The notes under the pieces are model-generated. The model did no database searches. It was not told the DNA's origin and saw nothing but the letters and a program-made list of their open reading frames with translations. The position numbers and the translations under genes were made by a program. Shown in pieces: positions 9,013-18,240 of a DNA stretch of 64,000 nucleotides. This stretch comes from a virus, in IMG/VR virus record IMGVR_UViG_3300005337_000003, positions 1 through 64,000 of that record. One strand, 5' to 3'. Every line of letters begins with the position of its first letter. Positions within the stretch are counted from its first letter, which is position 1.

Positions 9013-11009
9013 TGATCTACCTGGTAACAAATAACCCCGATTTCCCCCTGAACCCAGTCTATGAAGTGACTGGGCTTCAGACACTACTGGACTGGTTAAC
9101 CCCTCGACTAGACTCTGGATTTGACTTAGAAACCACTGGACTTGACCCGCGGGTGGATAAAATTATTTCCGCACAGCTGGGTGATGTAGACACCCAATTT
9201 GTGGTAGATGCTGCCACGGTAGATATCAGGCAGTTAAGAGACCACCTGCTGCGCCTGATCCTAGTAGGCCATAACCTTAAGTTCGACCTGCAGTTCCTGT
9301 TCGTTCTGGGAATCTACCCCTATAAAGTATATGACTCATTTGTAGCTGAGAAGGTGCTTAACTGCGGTCTTCCTCAACTCAGAGCATCCCTGGAAGCGGT
9401 AGCGCTTAGATATCTGCAAGTGCAGCTGAATAAGGATGTGCGAAATCACATCAGTAGGGAAGGACTCACACCGAGAGTCATCAAATACGGGGCAGATGAT
9501 GTTAAGCATCTATATCCAATAAAAGCTGCTCAGGCAAAAATTGCCCAGGAAAGAGACCTGGAAAAGACAATAAAACTGGAAAATGCCTTTACGCCCGCCC
9601 TAACTTATCTTGAATTTTCAGGTTTCCGGCTTAACAAAAAAGCATGGCTGGATAAAATGGCCAAGGATGAGGCAGAAATGCTCAAATGTAGAGAATTGCT
9701 GGATTCATGGGTAGCTGCAAATTGCTCCAAATACAATTCCGCCCAGGCAGACCTATTCTCCGACGTTGTTGAATCTTCGGTTGATTGGAACTCACCCAAG
9801 CAGGTAGTTCCCTTCATGGAGCACATTGGAGTTGACTGTAAAACTTATGTAAATGGCGAATACAAAAAATCAGTTGAGGAAAGTGTGATAGCTAAATTTA
9901 AGAAATCTCATCCAGCTGTAAACCTCTATCTGAACTATAAAGGAGCCCAGAAAAATGTATCTACTTACGGTCACGTATTCATTGATAGCATCCACCCAAA
10001 AACCGGTAAGATACACACCAGGTTTGATCAAATCAAAGATACCGGACGTATATCCTCTGGCGGCAAAGATGGGAAAAGGAGGAAGATTAATTTTCAAAAT
10101 ATCCCTAAAGACAAACATGTGCGGGCTTGTTTTGCGGCCTCTTCTGGACACAAACTGATTATTGCCGATTATACAGGACAGGAACAGATCGTTCTAGCTA
10201 ATTTTTCTATGGATCCAGGGCTTTTGCATTTCTATGATGAAGGCCTTGGCGATATGCACTCTTTTGTGGCTTCTAAAATGCCAATGTGGCCAGAACTGGT
10301 AGGAATGTCCTTAGCTGAGATTAAAGATAAACACGCAGACAAGAGAGACAAAGCTAAGACTGGTGCATTTGCGATCAACTACGGCGGAGACGGTGCGACT
10401 ATCGCGGAAAATATGGGAATATCCGAGGAGGAAGGAAATGCAATATATAACGCATATTTCGAAGCTTTTCCCGGTCTTAAAAAGTACTTTAATCAAGTAC
10501 AACAAGAAAACCTGAACAGAGGCTACATACTCATCAGTAATCTTACCGGACGCAAATGCTTCCTGCCATACTATGAAAAATTCCAAGCTTTGAGAAACCA
10601 AATGACCAAAGCTTTCTGGGCTAAATATCGGGAGATCAAACAGGAATGCGAGACACATGACTATTATTCTCCTGAATTTAAGAGCCTGAAAGCTAAGGTC
10701 AGGGAGTTTTTCAGTATGCAGGGGGAAATAGGGCGTATGTCACTTAATTACCCCATACAGGGCAGCAGCGCCGAGATTACCAAGATGGCAGCCATTTACT
10801 TCCTCCATTGGTTGATTGAGAAAAACTATATGGGGCTGGTGTGGATATGCAATATGGTACACGATGAGATTGTGCTTGATTGCCCTGAGGAACTGGTGGA
10901 AGAATCCAAAGCTAAATTGATCGAAGTCATGGAAAAAGCTGGTAGATTTTTCTGTAAACGTGTACCTTTAAAAGTGAGTGTAAAAGTTTCAGATGTATGG
11001 GAGAAATAG
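9012..11009 (+). CDS. polA: Family A DNA polymerase with 3'-5' exonuclease domain
   Basis: Exo I FDLETTGLD, Exo II HNLKFD, Exo III YGADDV; motif A ADYTGQE, motif B RDKAKTGAFAINYG, motif C VHDEIV. Confidence 0.97.
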   Translation: MIYLVTNNPDFPLNPVYEVTGLQTLLDWLTPRLDSGFDLETTGLDPRVDKIISAQLGDVDTQFVVDAATVDIRQLRDHLLRLILVGHNLKFDLQFLFVLGIYPYKVYDSFVAEKVLNCGLPQLRASLEAVALRYLQVQLNKDVRNHISREGLTPRVIKYGADDVKHLYPIKAAQAKIAQERDLEKTIKLENAFTPALTYLEFSGFRLNKKAWLDKMAKDEAEMLKCRELLDSWVAANCSKYNSAQADLFSDVVESSVDWNSPKQVVPFMEHIGVDCKTYVNGEYKKSVEESVIAKFKKSHPAVNLYLNYKGAQKNVSTYGHVFIDSIHPKTGKIHTRFDQIKDTGRISSGGKDGKRRKINFQNIPKDKHVRACFAASSGHKLIIADYTGQEQIVLANFSMDPGLLHFYDEGLGDMHSFVASKMPMWPELVGMSLAEIKDKHADKRDKAKTGAFAINYGGDGATIAENMGISEEEGNAIYNAYFEAFPGLKKYFNQVQQENLNRGYILISNLTGRKCFLPYYEKFQALRNQMTKAFWAKYREIKQECETHDYYSPEFKSLKAKVREFFSMQGEIGRMSLNYPIQGSSAEITKMAAIYFLHWLIEKNYMGLVWICNMVHDEIVLDCPEELVEESKAKLIEVMEKAGRFFCKRVPLKVSVKVSDVWEK

Positions 11010-11164
11010 CCAAACATAGTTTTAAACTGGATTTGGATACTGCCAGGCCCATCGATGAGCAAATGGAATATTTGCAACGATGCAGAGAAATAATTAATGA
11101 GAAGATCAATAAATTAAAAAAGAAACAAAAAATTAATAATCCTAATCAATTAAAAATAGAATGA
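10997..11164 (+). CDS. Small hypothetical protein (55 aa), not in the ORF track
   Basis: MGEIAKHSFKLDL...QLKIE*; fills the polA-DUF550 gap; its TGA overlaps the next ATG. Confidence 0.6.
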   Translation: MGEIAKHSFKLDLDTARPIDEQMEYLQRCREIINEKINKLKKKQKINNPNQLKIE

Positions 11165-11616
11165 TGAAACTTACTCTTATATTTACAGGACTGGCCGTGC
11201 TTATGCTCAGCACATCTGGATTTGTGGCCCTGGGACCTGATGTTATGTTGCCTCTCAGTTTGTTTGCGTTAGGGCTGGTAATCGTGGCCCATGGATGTTA
11301 TACTAGTGGAACAATTCAACAGGTAGAAAAAGAAAAGCTGAAATGGAGCAAAGAGATATTCCCGGAAGCCACTGCGCTAGGCTCTTTGAATAAACTCATA
11401 GGGGAGGCTCAGGAGATCAAACAAGATATCCAGGCAGGTAAAAGAAGACCTGAGGAATTTGCAGATGTTCTTATGTGTCTGTTTGATGTAGCTGGTCGCC
11501 TGGATAAACCCATTACACCCGATGAAATATTCTACGCTTTTGGTGAGAAACTCAAGGTGAACAAGAAAAGAAAGTGGAGTAAAAACGCTGATAATAGTTA
11601 TTCACATATAAAATAA
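11161..11616 (+). CDS. DUF550/MazG-like dNTP pyrophosphohydrolase with a hydrophobic N-terminal extension
   Basis: WSKEIF, KLIGEAQE, EEFADVLMCLFD, KLKVNKKRKW; first ~45 aa are two hydrophobic segments. Confidence 0.8.
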   Translation: MMKLTLIFTGLAVLMLSTSGFVALGPDVMLPLSLFALGLVIVAHGCYTSGTIQQVEKEKLKWSKEIFPEATALGSLNKLIGEAQEIKQDIQAGKRRPEEFADVLMCLFDVAGRLDKPITPDEIFYAFGEKLKVNKKRKWSKNADNSYSHIK

Positions 11617-11625
11617 ACCAACAAT

Positions 11626-12132
11626 ATGACAAAAAAACAAACCCCGACCCCCAAGCTGCCAGTAGGCGCAAGGATGATGACAGTTTATGGCACTACCCGT
11701 ACCGGCCAACCTACCTTCAAATTGATCCCTATACACAAAGACTGTCCCTATATGGAAGCTACGTTTAATCCCAGTTCCAACAGCCTGGAGTTGGTACACG
11801 AACTCACATTTAACCGCGTGACCTTCCTTCCGGAAGTTGACGAACGTGGCCAGATCGTATGGCCTAAAAAAGAAGACGGCACTGTGGATAATACCATGAC
11901 ACCAAGACAGGAACGGCGAACAGATCTCCCAGCTTTCTACGATTATGAGTTGTTGACGGAACCAGATATCGTGAATTTCATAATCCACTTCACAGGGCAG
12001 AGCTGGGACTGGGTACACAGCATGCTTGATAAATTCTGGACTAAGCCAGCTGAGCCAACTAAGAAAACTCCCGCCGAGCCAACACCGGATGCACCTCTGT
12101 CCATAGTTTCAGAAGATAACGAAAAAAAATAA
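11626..12132 (+). CDS. Conserved crAss-like hypothetical protein
   Basis: TFKLIPIHKDCPYMEATFNP; Pro-rich C-terminal tail (PAEPT twice). Confidence 0.75.
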   Translation: MTKKQTPTPKLPVGARMMTVYGTTRTGQPTFKLIPIHKDCPYMEATFNPSSNSLELVHELTFNRVTFLPEVDERGQIVWPKKEDGTVDNTMTPRQERRTDLPAFYDYELLTEPDIVNFIIHFTGQSWDWVHSMLDKFWTKPAEPTKKTPAEPTPDAPLSIVSEDNEKK

Positions 12133-12137
12133 AGAAG

Positions 12138-12614
12138 ATGAAAAATAGTCAATACATCTGCGTGGACTTTGATGGGACCTGTACTACACATGAATTTCCC
12201 CGGATTGGGCAGGATATCGGAGCCGTCCCGGTACTAAAACGCCTGGTAGAAGCTGGCCATCTTTTGATTCTTTTTACCATGCGATCGGATAAACACGACA
12301 ATACCGACTATTCCACAGAGGTTCCACAGGTACATAATGGCAACTTCCTGACCGATGCTGTCAACTGGTTTGTGGATAATGGCATCCCCCTTTACGGTAT
12401 ACAAATTAATCCGACCCAAAGCAGCTGGACTAACAGCAAGAAGGCGTATGGCCACCTTTATTTAGATGATGCCGCTATCGGGTGCCCATTGATTCTGGAC
12501 AAACATTCCAGACCTTATGTAGATTGGCAAGCAGTGGAGACGTGGTTGGAAAAGGAGGGATATTTGCCCCCTCGATATGTAGACGCACCTCCACCATGGA
12601 CTGAAAGTAAATAA
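12138..12614 (+). CDS. HAD-superfamily hydrolase
   Basis: CVDFDGT, LILFTMR, KAYGHLYLDD. Confidence 0.85.
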   Translation: MKNSQYICVDFDGTCTTHEFPRIGQDIGAVPVLKRLVEAGHLLILFTMRSDKHDNTDYSTEVPQVHNGNFLTDAVNWFVDNGIPLYGIQINPTQSSWTNSKKAYGHLYLDDAAIGCPLILDKHSRPYVDWQAVETWLEKEGYLPPRYVDAPPPWTESK

Positions 12615-12621
12615 ACCTAGT

Positions 12622-12804
12622 ATGGCAAAAGGAGATCTAAGAGCCCAGGACATGCTTAACCAGGTTAGCACGGCTGAAAAAATAGATAGATCAGATGTAT
12701 TGATCCTTATGCGCAAGTTTGCGCTGCAGGAAACAGCCTGGTGGCAAAAACAATGTGATAAGTGGGAGAAGGCATACGCTGAATTACTAAAATCGACAGA
12801 CTAA
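12622..12804 (+). CDS. Hypothetical protein (60 aa)
   Basis: Co-oriented ORF filling the gap. Confidence 0.65.
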   Translation: MAKGDLRAQDMLNQVSTAEKIDRSDVLILMRKFALQETAWWQKQCDKWEKAYAELLKSTD

Positions 12805-12820
12805 AACCAATAAAATAATT

Positions 12821-13357
12821 ATGGATTCCAAATACTCAATAAACTTTGAAGGGGTTTGTATCTATACTATAGATATGAATCCAGAAACCTATGACCGTAA
12901 AAGATTTGATATGGCTATAGGTACGGCCAAGACTTTTTTGAGCAACTACGAGCAGTTACAATTTCCTATTATTGACAAGGACAGGTTTGAGTATTGGAAC
13001 TCGGAAGGTTATTATATGGCACAGCGAACCTCTAAATTCCATGAAAAACAATATATATCCGAAGCATCTTTAAAAGGAGGACAAGCCAGTAGAAACGCCA
13101 GAAAATTGTTTGCTTTAGACATGGACCAAGGTAACCGGATCCAGTATATGATCAAGTCCGTAAGGGCAAAATTTGCAGCCAACACTTATTTAGCTAAAAA
13201 ATTAGAGGATACAGGAGAGACAGAGATTATTGAAAAGAACTGGTGGGGCGATGTATTTTTCGGAGTAGATGAAAAAACACTTATAGGCGCTAATATTCTG
13301 GGCAAAATTCTAATGGCCCTAAGAGAGGAACTAAAAACTAATCCGAAGTTATTATAA
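12821..13357 (+). CDS. NADAR (YbiA-like) family protein
   Basis: FLSNY, SEGYYMAQR, AKFAAN..L..KLEDTG, EKNWWGDVFFG, GANILGKILMALRE. Confidence 0.85.
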   Translation: MDSKYSINFEGVCIYTIDMNPETYDRKRFDMAIGTAKTFLSNYEQLQFPIIDKDRFEYWNSEGYYMAQRTSKFHEKQYISEASLKGGQASRNARKLFALDMDQGNRIQYMIKSVRAKFAANTYLAKKLEDTGETEIIEKNWWGDVFFGVDEKTLIGANILGKILMALREELKTNPKLL

Positions 13358-13358
13358 A

Positions 13359-13742
13359 ATGGACCCCAAACTTTTCATAAGCAAATGGCGCAAACGTAAT
13401 GGCAAGCTGGAGTTTAAAAACCCCAAGGATGCAACTATCTTCCAAACAATGATAGATGGATTACGTGATGGACAGGTAGTTGAGTTCGTGGTAGACTTCG
13501 AGCGCGACGATGGTAGGTTATCGCAAATCGCTAAGTTGAAGTCAGGTATCCGGACCCTATCCAGAGAGTCAGGTGTAACATTCAAAGTGATGGAAGATAG
13601 GGTCAAGACTGATGCTGGCCTCCACAAGATCCAGAACGACCAGGAGGTTAAAAGTTTTGCTGATTGTTCAAAGCAGGAATTGTCCGATGCCATCCAGGTT
13701 ATGATAGAGTTTGGGGATTTTTTAAATATTGATTTGAAATAA
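13359..13742 (+). CDS. Conserved hypothetical protein, possibly NinB-like
   Basis: DDGRLSQIAKL...IRTLSRESG, KSFADCSKQELSDAI. Confidence 0.6.
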   Translation: MDPKLFISKWRKRNGKLEFKNPKDATIFQTMIDGLRDGQVVEFVVDFERDDGRLSQIAKLKSGIRTLSRESGVTFKVMEDRVKTDAGLHKIQNDQEVKSFADCSKQELSDAIQVMIEFGDFLNIDLK

Positions 13743-14029
13743 TGGAATATACAGAAGAACAGATAGGGGACATCAAGGATTACTCCTATATTGAAGGTAG
13801 AAAGGCGTCTTTAATAGGGTTGTTAAGATATGTAATGCGCGAGTTGGGGCAAGAGGATTATGAAGCTTTAGATAAAGCTGTATTAGCCTTGGAACTGGAG
13901 GAAACTAAACAACAATTACGGAACATTTGTTATGATCTGGGTTGTAACAGTTGGCCTGATAATCTTTATCTGCCTGATGTGGTGGAAAAATATCTGGCCA
14001 GAACTATAAGAGAAGAATTAGATTTATAA
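13742..14029 (+). CDS. Hypothetical protein (95 aa)
   Basis: TAATG coupling. Confidence 0.7.
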   Translation: MEYTEEQIGDIKDYSYIEGRKASLIGLLRYVMRELGQEDYEALDKAVLALELEETKQQLRNICYDLGCNSWPDNLYLPDVVEKYLARTIREELDL

Positions 14030-14034
14030 ACGTT

Positions 14035-14265
14035 ATGAAAAGAATATTTCAAATTCTGGATGAGATGAATCAATCCGATTCGGATAATGATACATCCACC
14101 GTAGCCGTTAGTAATATTTTGCTAGGTGTAGACAAGGTTAAGCAAGGATGTAAGATAAGCATGGGAGCTGAGGAGAAGTACCTATATAATATTGCTGATG
14201 GCAGTAAGATCCCGCTTTTAATACTGGTAGACAAGGAGGCCTACAATAAACAAAAATCATTGTAA
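14035..14265 (+). CDS. Hypothetical protein (76 aa)
   Basis: Co-oriented ORF, tight spacing. Confidence 0.7.
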   Translation: MKRIFQILDEMNQSDSDNDTSTVAVSNILLGVDKVKQGCKISMGAEEKYLYNIADGSKIPLLILVDKEAYNKQKSL

Positions 14266-14269
14266 GAAA

Positions 14270-14584
14270 ATGAAAGCCATCTGTATTTATACAGGACAAA
14301 TTACATTACCTGTAGCTCCAGGTTATCCTAAAAGTCTGCCAGAAAATGGCAATATGTCGCTGCTATTCCTAACGGAATGTACCTACATGGGCTGTCCCGA
14401 TATGGAAGTAGGTGAAATATACGAGGTGATCGACCAGAAGATCAACTGGTATGGAGTTCACATGCTTTATTTTGACGGATTCTATGGCTGGAGACCTCGG
14501 GCATGCTTCGCAGACTGGGATGGCCTGGAGGAAATAGAAGAGGAACATACAAGCGTTCCTGATTTTTATATAAATAACCTATAA
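14270..14584 (+). CDS. Hypothetical protein (104 aa)
   Basis: Co-oriented ORF, tight spacing. Confidence 0.65.
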   Translation: MKAICIYTGQITLPVAPGYPKSLPENGNMSLLFLTECTYMGCPDMEVGEIYEVIDQKINWYGVHMLYFDGFYGWRPRACFADWDGLEEIEEEHTSVPDFYINNL

Positions 14585-14596
14585 AAAAATAAATAT

Positions 14597-15406
14597 ATGA
14601 AAAGACATTATGATAATCCGTGGATATCATTCCACCCTAAATTCAGCCACTTTCGATTTGTAGTGGGACCTGCCAGTTATTTTGACAACCGTTGGTACAT
14701 TAGTTGCTTTTTAACGCAACTGATTTCGATTGCTGCGATCATTACAAGTTACATGATGGGCTTAGGAAACGCTTCTCTTTTATTTCTATTATTATTTCTC
14801 ATACCTTGGGGCAATTTAAACTTCCATCTGCCTATTACCTCTAAATGGGATGATTGTGATCCGCCTGAGTATGGTATAGCTTATCATAGTAATAAAATTT
14901 GGATTTATAGAGGCGGAGAAGGTAATTTAAATGGAGGTAATAAGTGGTGGACAATAACGATGCCCTGGGACTATGATTGGGTACGCACCAGTAGGTTAAA
15001 ATCAACGGCTATAGAACCTAATCCAGATGGGCCAAGCAACTCTCAATTAAATTATGCCTTCTGGATTCATGAATCTAAAGGTAATCGTTTAGATACCTGG
15101 AAGGATGAGTTTAAATCCCAGTTATGGAGTAGGGATTATCCTTATGTGTACAGACTTAAGAGTGGAAAAATACAGGAAAGAATTGCGACGGTTAAAGTAG
15201 AAGAAAGAGAGTGGCGTATGAGATGGTTAAGGTGGACAACAAGATTTAATAAGGTACGCCGGGATATTGCTATAGATTTTAATGATGAAGTAGGAGAACG
15301 AACTGGTAGTTGGAAGGGCGGCTGCACAGGCTGTGGTTATAATCTAAATCCAGGTGAAACCCCACTGGAATGCCTACGCAGGATGGAAAAAGAAAGGAAG
15401 TTTTAG
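14597..15406 (+). CDS. Trp-rich hypothetical protein with one hydrophobic hairpin (269 aa)
   Basis: Long ORF; hydrophobic segment near aa 38-75; C-terminal WKGGCTGC. Confidence 0.8.
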   Translation: MKRHYDNPWISFHPKFSHFRFVVGPASYFDNRWYISCFLTQLISIAAIITSYMMGLGNASLLFLLLFLIPWGNLNFHLPITSKWDDCDPPEYGIAYHSNKIWIYRGGEGNLNGGNKWWTITMPWDYDWVRTSRLKSTAIEPNPDGPSNSQLNYAFWIHESKGNRLDTWKDEFKSQLWSRDYPYVYRLKSGKIQERIATVKVEEREWRMRWLRWTTRFNKVRRDIAIDFNDEVGERTGSWKGGCTGCGYNLNPGETPLECLRRMEKERKF

Positions 15407-15407
15407 C

Positions 15408-15779
15408 ATGTCCTGCCACAAAGTAAAATTTTATAACCCGGAATTTGCCAGGCAGCATGTAAAACGAATGTCAGCTGGAGACACAGATAAACAGCTGGAA
15501 ACCTTTGTGTATAAGTGTTCTATATGTCATTGCTGGCACCTGACATCCCTGCCAAAAGATCATCCGGTATTAGTGGAAAATACTGGATTGAAGGCCAGGA
15601 TAAGGAACCTGGAGGAAAGACTGGAGAGCTTCCAGTTTTTTGAGCTTGAAGGCATCAGCAGCAATACAAGTATTGCTGATAAGATAAGCAGTTACCGCAA
15701 AAAGATCAAGGACCTGGAGCACAGGCTAAAGTCAGCAGAAGAAATAAGAGATAAATTAATATCACAAAACAATCGTTAA
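15408..15779 (+). CDS. Zn-finger (C...YxCxxCxxWH) plus coiled-coil protein
   Basis: MSCHKVKF...VYKCSICHCWHLTS; start re-set to ATG 15408. Confidence 0.7.
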   Translation: MSCHKVKFYNPEFARQHVKRMSAGDTDKQLETFVYKCSICHCWHLTSLPKDHPVLVENTGLKARIRNLEERLESFQFFELEGISSNTSIADKISSYRKKIKDLEHRLKSAEEIRDKLISQNNR

Positions 15780-15781
15780 CA

Positions 15782-16473
15782 ATGGAGACAATTAACCAAC
15801 AACTCCCCGTAGAGGATTTACAACTAACAGCCATGCTGCCAGCCGAAATGCTTACAGCTCAGAATCAACTTATAGCCTGGAGTGGACGCAAGCAAGCTGC
15901 GTTGCTTACAGAAGCTGAGGAATTAAAGTTAGCATACGAACATGCTAAGAAGATGAAGTGGCGTTATACCACTCTACAGGCCCAATACAATAAGACAAAG
16001 AAACGTGCTGCTTATTATGAAAAGATGAAGGCAGCGCTGGAAGCTGGTTATACAATCGTACCTAATTTCCCAGTGCAGATGTTTGCCATACGCACCGACA
16101 AGGATAAGCCCAAAAAATACCTGAGTACTAGTAGGTGGCATGAGCCGAAGAGGGATGTGCAGGAATGCAGCGAACTTGACATGACTGTTGGGGACTATAA
16201 GAATCCAAGGCCATAGACGAAAAAACAAAGGAGTATTGGGCAGAAAACTGGAAGGATGAAATTGAGTTCCCTATTAATATGTGCAAACCTCAAATCATGG
16301 AAGCTACCTCCAGGGCTATGGCCTTGAAGATATTTGACCGGTTCGGAGTATTTCCCCCTACTCAAGATGATGACCCTGTTATCCTGGGGCAGATCGTGCA
16401 TAAGGCAGGTCAATACCGAACCAAGATCGTATCATTTTTGATAGCGTGGCACCTTAATACTAATGTTCTGTAA
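15782..16473 (+). pseudogene. Apparently single phage gene split by a frameshift (15782..16216 plus frame 16201..16473)
   Basis: Second frame is open from 16201, 78 nt before its first ATG, and encodes protein-like EYWAENWKDEIEFPINM; frames overlap by 16 nt. Confidence 0.5.
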
Positions 16474-16486
16474 AACTAAAACAAAA

Positions 16487-16774
16487 ATGGCATCAGCATA
16501 TAACGGAGGTTGGGACTTTGTAAAAATAGGCGCAATCTATCAGTATAAAGAAGGTAGTTTTATAGCTATGGTTAAAATCTTGGAGGATAATTCTAACGAC
16601 AAATATTACAAATTTAAAGTAAGGGTGGAGCAAGCCAATTATAAGCCTCCAGGGAGTGGAGAATTTGAAATAATAAATATTAAAGAAAATAATGACTACT
16701 ACTCTGGAATGCTGCAGCTTTACAAGTATCCGGCATACTTATGCAATTATTCGTGGGTTCGTATACATATTTAA
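16487..16774 (+). CDS. Hypothetical protein (95 aa)
   Basis: ATG 16487 after the AAAACAAAA leader. Confidence 0.65.
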   Translation: MASAYNGGWDFVKIGAIYQYKEGSFIAMVKILEDNSNDKYYKFKVRVEQANYKPPGSGEFEIINIKENNDYYSGMLQLYKYPAYLCNYSWVRIHI

Positions 16775-16788
16775 ATTATTAAAAATGG

Positions 16789-17337
16789 ATGGGATTCCTA
16801 TTCGATAATCAGCCTCCAGAATGTCGCCAGAAATTAGATATTTCTAAGGTTAGAGATTTTGATAAATTGCATGAGCAGATGCAAAAACTGGTCCTCTATG
16901 ACCCTTCCGAAGTCTACGAACGTTTAGATAAGCTGAAGTCCATAAATCCTTTTAAGAGATTTAACTCTATAGGTATGTGTTTTATCTTCCCGCCAAAAGG
17001 TAATGGTATTTGCAGTTGTGGTTGTGGTAAGCAATTGACTGGGCGCCAAAGTGTATGGGGAGGAAGCATCTGTAGAAGATTTCCACTAAATATCCAGGCA
17101 GTCTTGTCTGGACATTCCTTATTACGTTCAATCTGCACCAACATATTCAGTTCTGACTGTGTGGATTGTGGCATAAGCGAGTGGGAAAGCAAGGCTGTAC
17201 ACGAACTAGACCACATCTGTCCTGTTAAGCTGGGAGGAGGATGTAGCTGGCTGAATAATTACGAATTCAGGTGCAAGACCTGTCATCGTAAAAAGACAAA
17301 TAAAGATTTTGGATTTAAGGAATTTAAAAATAAATAA
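16789..17337 (+). CDS. HNH endonuclease
   Basis: CVDC...ELDHICPVKLGG..WLNNYEFRCKTCHRKKT; additional CSCGCG. Confidence 0.85.
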   Translation: MGFLFDNQPPECRQKLDISKVRDFDKLHEQMQKLVLYDPSEVYERLDKLKSINPFKRFNSIGMCFIFPPKGNGICSCGCGKQLTGRQSVWGGSICRRFPLNIQAVLSGHSLLRSICTNIFSSDCVDCGISEWESKAVHELDHICPVKLGGGCSWLNNYEFRCKTCHRKKTNKDFGFKEFKNK

Positions 17338-17514
17338 ATGGAAGACTGGGAGATTGAATTAAGGCAAAAACTTGAAGATGAGTTACCGGAAGGGATGTAT
17401 AATCTCAGGGTTATTTACTCTGGCAAAGCAGGATACATTGAACACGAAATAGCATTTAGAAGAGTGCTACGGGATCAACTTGCGAAAATGACAAAAAACG
17501 ATGGCAAGCACTGA
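17338..17514 (+). CDS. Small hypothetical protein (58 aa), not in the ORF track
   Basis: MEDWEIELRQKLEDELPEG...KNDGKH*; ATG directly follows the HNH stop. Confidence 0.65.
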   Translation: MEDWEIELRQKLEDELPEGMYNLRVIYSGKAGYIEHEIAFRRVLRDQLAKMTKNDGKH

Positions 17515-17548
17515 GGAATATCAACAATATAAATTCTGGAATAAATTA

Positions 17549-18085
17549 ATGAAAGAAAATAATTCAATAAACGGGAACAATCAGCAGGTAGAAAAAGGAG
17601 CGATCTTATCTGCCTGCAGTCAGTATCGTTATCAACTGTGGCGTAAATGGGATCCAGCCAAGCCAAATGTAGTGTTTATTATGCTCAACCCTTCCACTGC
17701 AGATGCCGATAATGATGATCCCACTATTCGAAGGTGCATAGGTTTCGCCAAGGATTGGAGATATGGCAGTCTCACCGTAGTGAATCTATTTGCCTTCAGA
17801 GCCACCAGGCCAGAGGATTTGTTGAAGGCTGAAGATCCGATTGGCCAGGAGAACTTAGAATGGATCGCACGGGCAACAGAAAAAGCATCAACCATAGTAT
17901 GTGCCTGGGGTAATGGAAAACTAATTAATAGGCTATTAAGAACCAGGTCTACATATCAACCCTTACGGCATATTAACTCACCTTTATGTTATTTGGAACT
18001 TTCCCAGGATGGAACTCCTAAGCATCCGCTTTACTTGATTAGAACCTTAAAGCCTAAACCTTATGAAATCAAAATACTTTTCTAA
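17549..18085 (+). CDS. DUF1643-family protein
   Basis: CSQYRYQLWRKW, FIMLNPSTAD, DDPTIRRC, VVNLFAFRAT, CAWG, PKHPLY. Confidence 0.9.
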   Translation: MKENNSINGNNQQVEKGAILSACSQYRYQLWRKWDPAKPNVVFIMLNPSTADADNDDPTIRRCIGFAKDWRYGSLTVVNLFAFRATRPEDLLKAEDPIGQENLEWIARATEKASTIVCAWGNGKLINRLLRTRSTYQPLRHINSPLCYLELSQDGTPKHPLYLIRTLKPKPYEIKILF

Positions 18086-18230
18086 AATATGGAAATGGCT
18101 CAAGGAATTACCATATTCTAGGTGTCATAAATGCAACAGGAAAGGAGTAATCTTCGATAGAGAAGATCACTTCACTCCTGGTTCTCCTAACATTTATGTG
18201 TGTAAATACTGTAAGGAAGAATTTATATGA
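18063..18230 (+). CDS. Small C4 Zn-finger protein (55 aa), not in the ORF track
   Basis: MKSKYFSKIW...RCHKC...VCKYCKEEFI*; last gene of the + arm. Confidence 0.6.
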   Translation: MKSKYFSKIWKWLKELPYSRCHKCNRKGVIFDREDHFTPGSPNIYVCKYCKEEFI

Positions 18231-18240
18231 ATGTAAAAAT

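Noticed and set aside
11161-11616. 2-aminoadenine (Z) or 7-deazaguanine DNA-modification pathway implied by DUF550
   Set aside because: No PurZ, DatZ, DpdA or Que-pathway genes in this window; cannot be excluded for the rest of the genome
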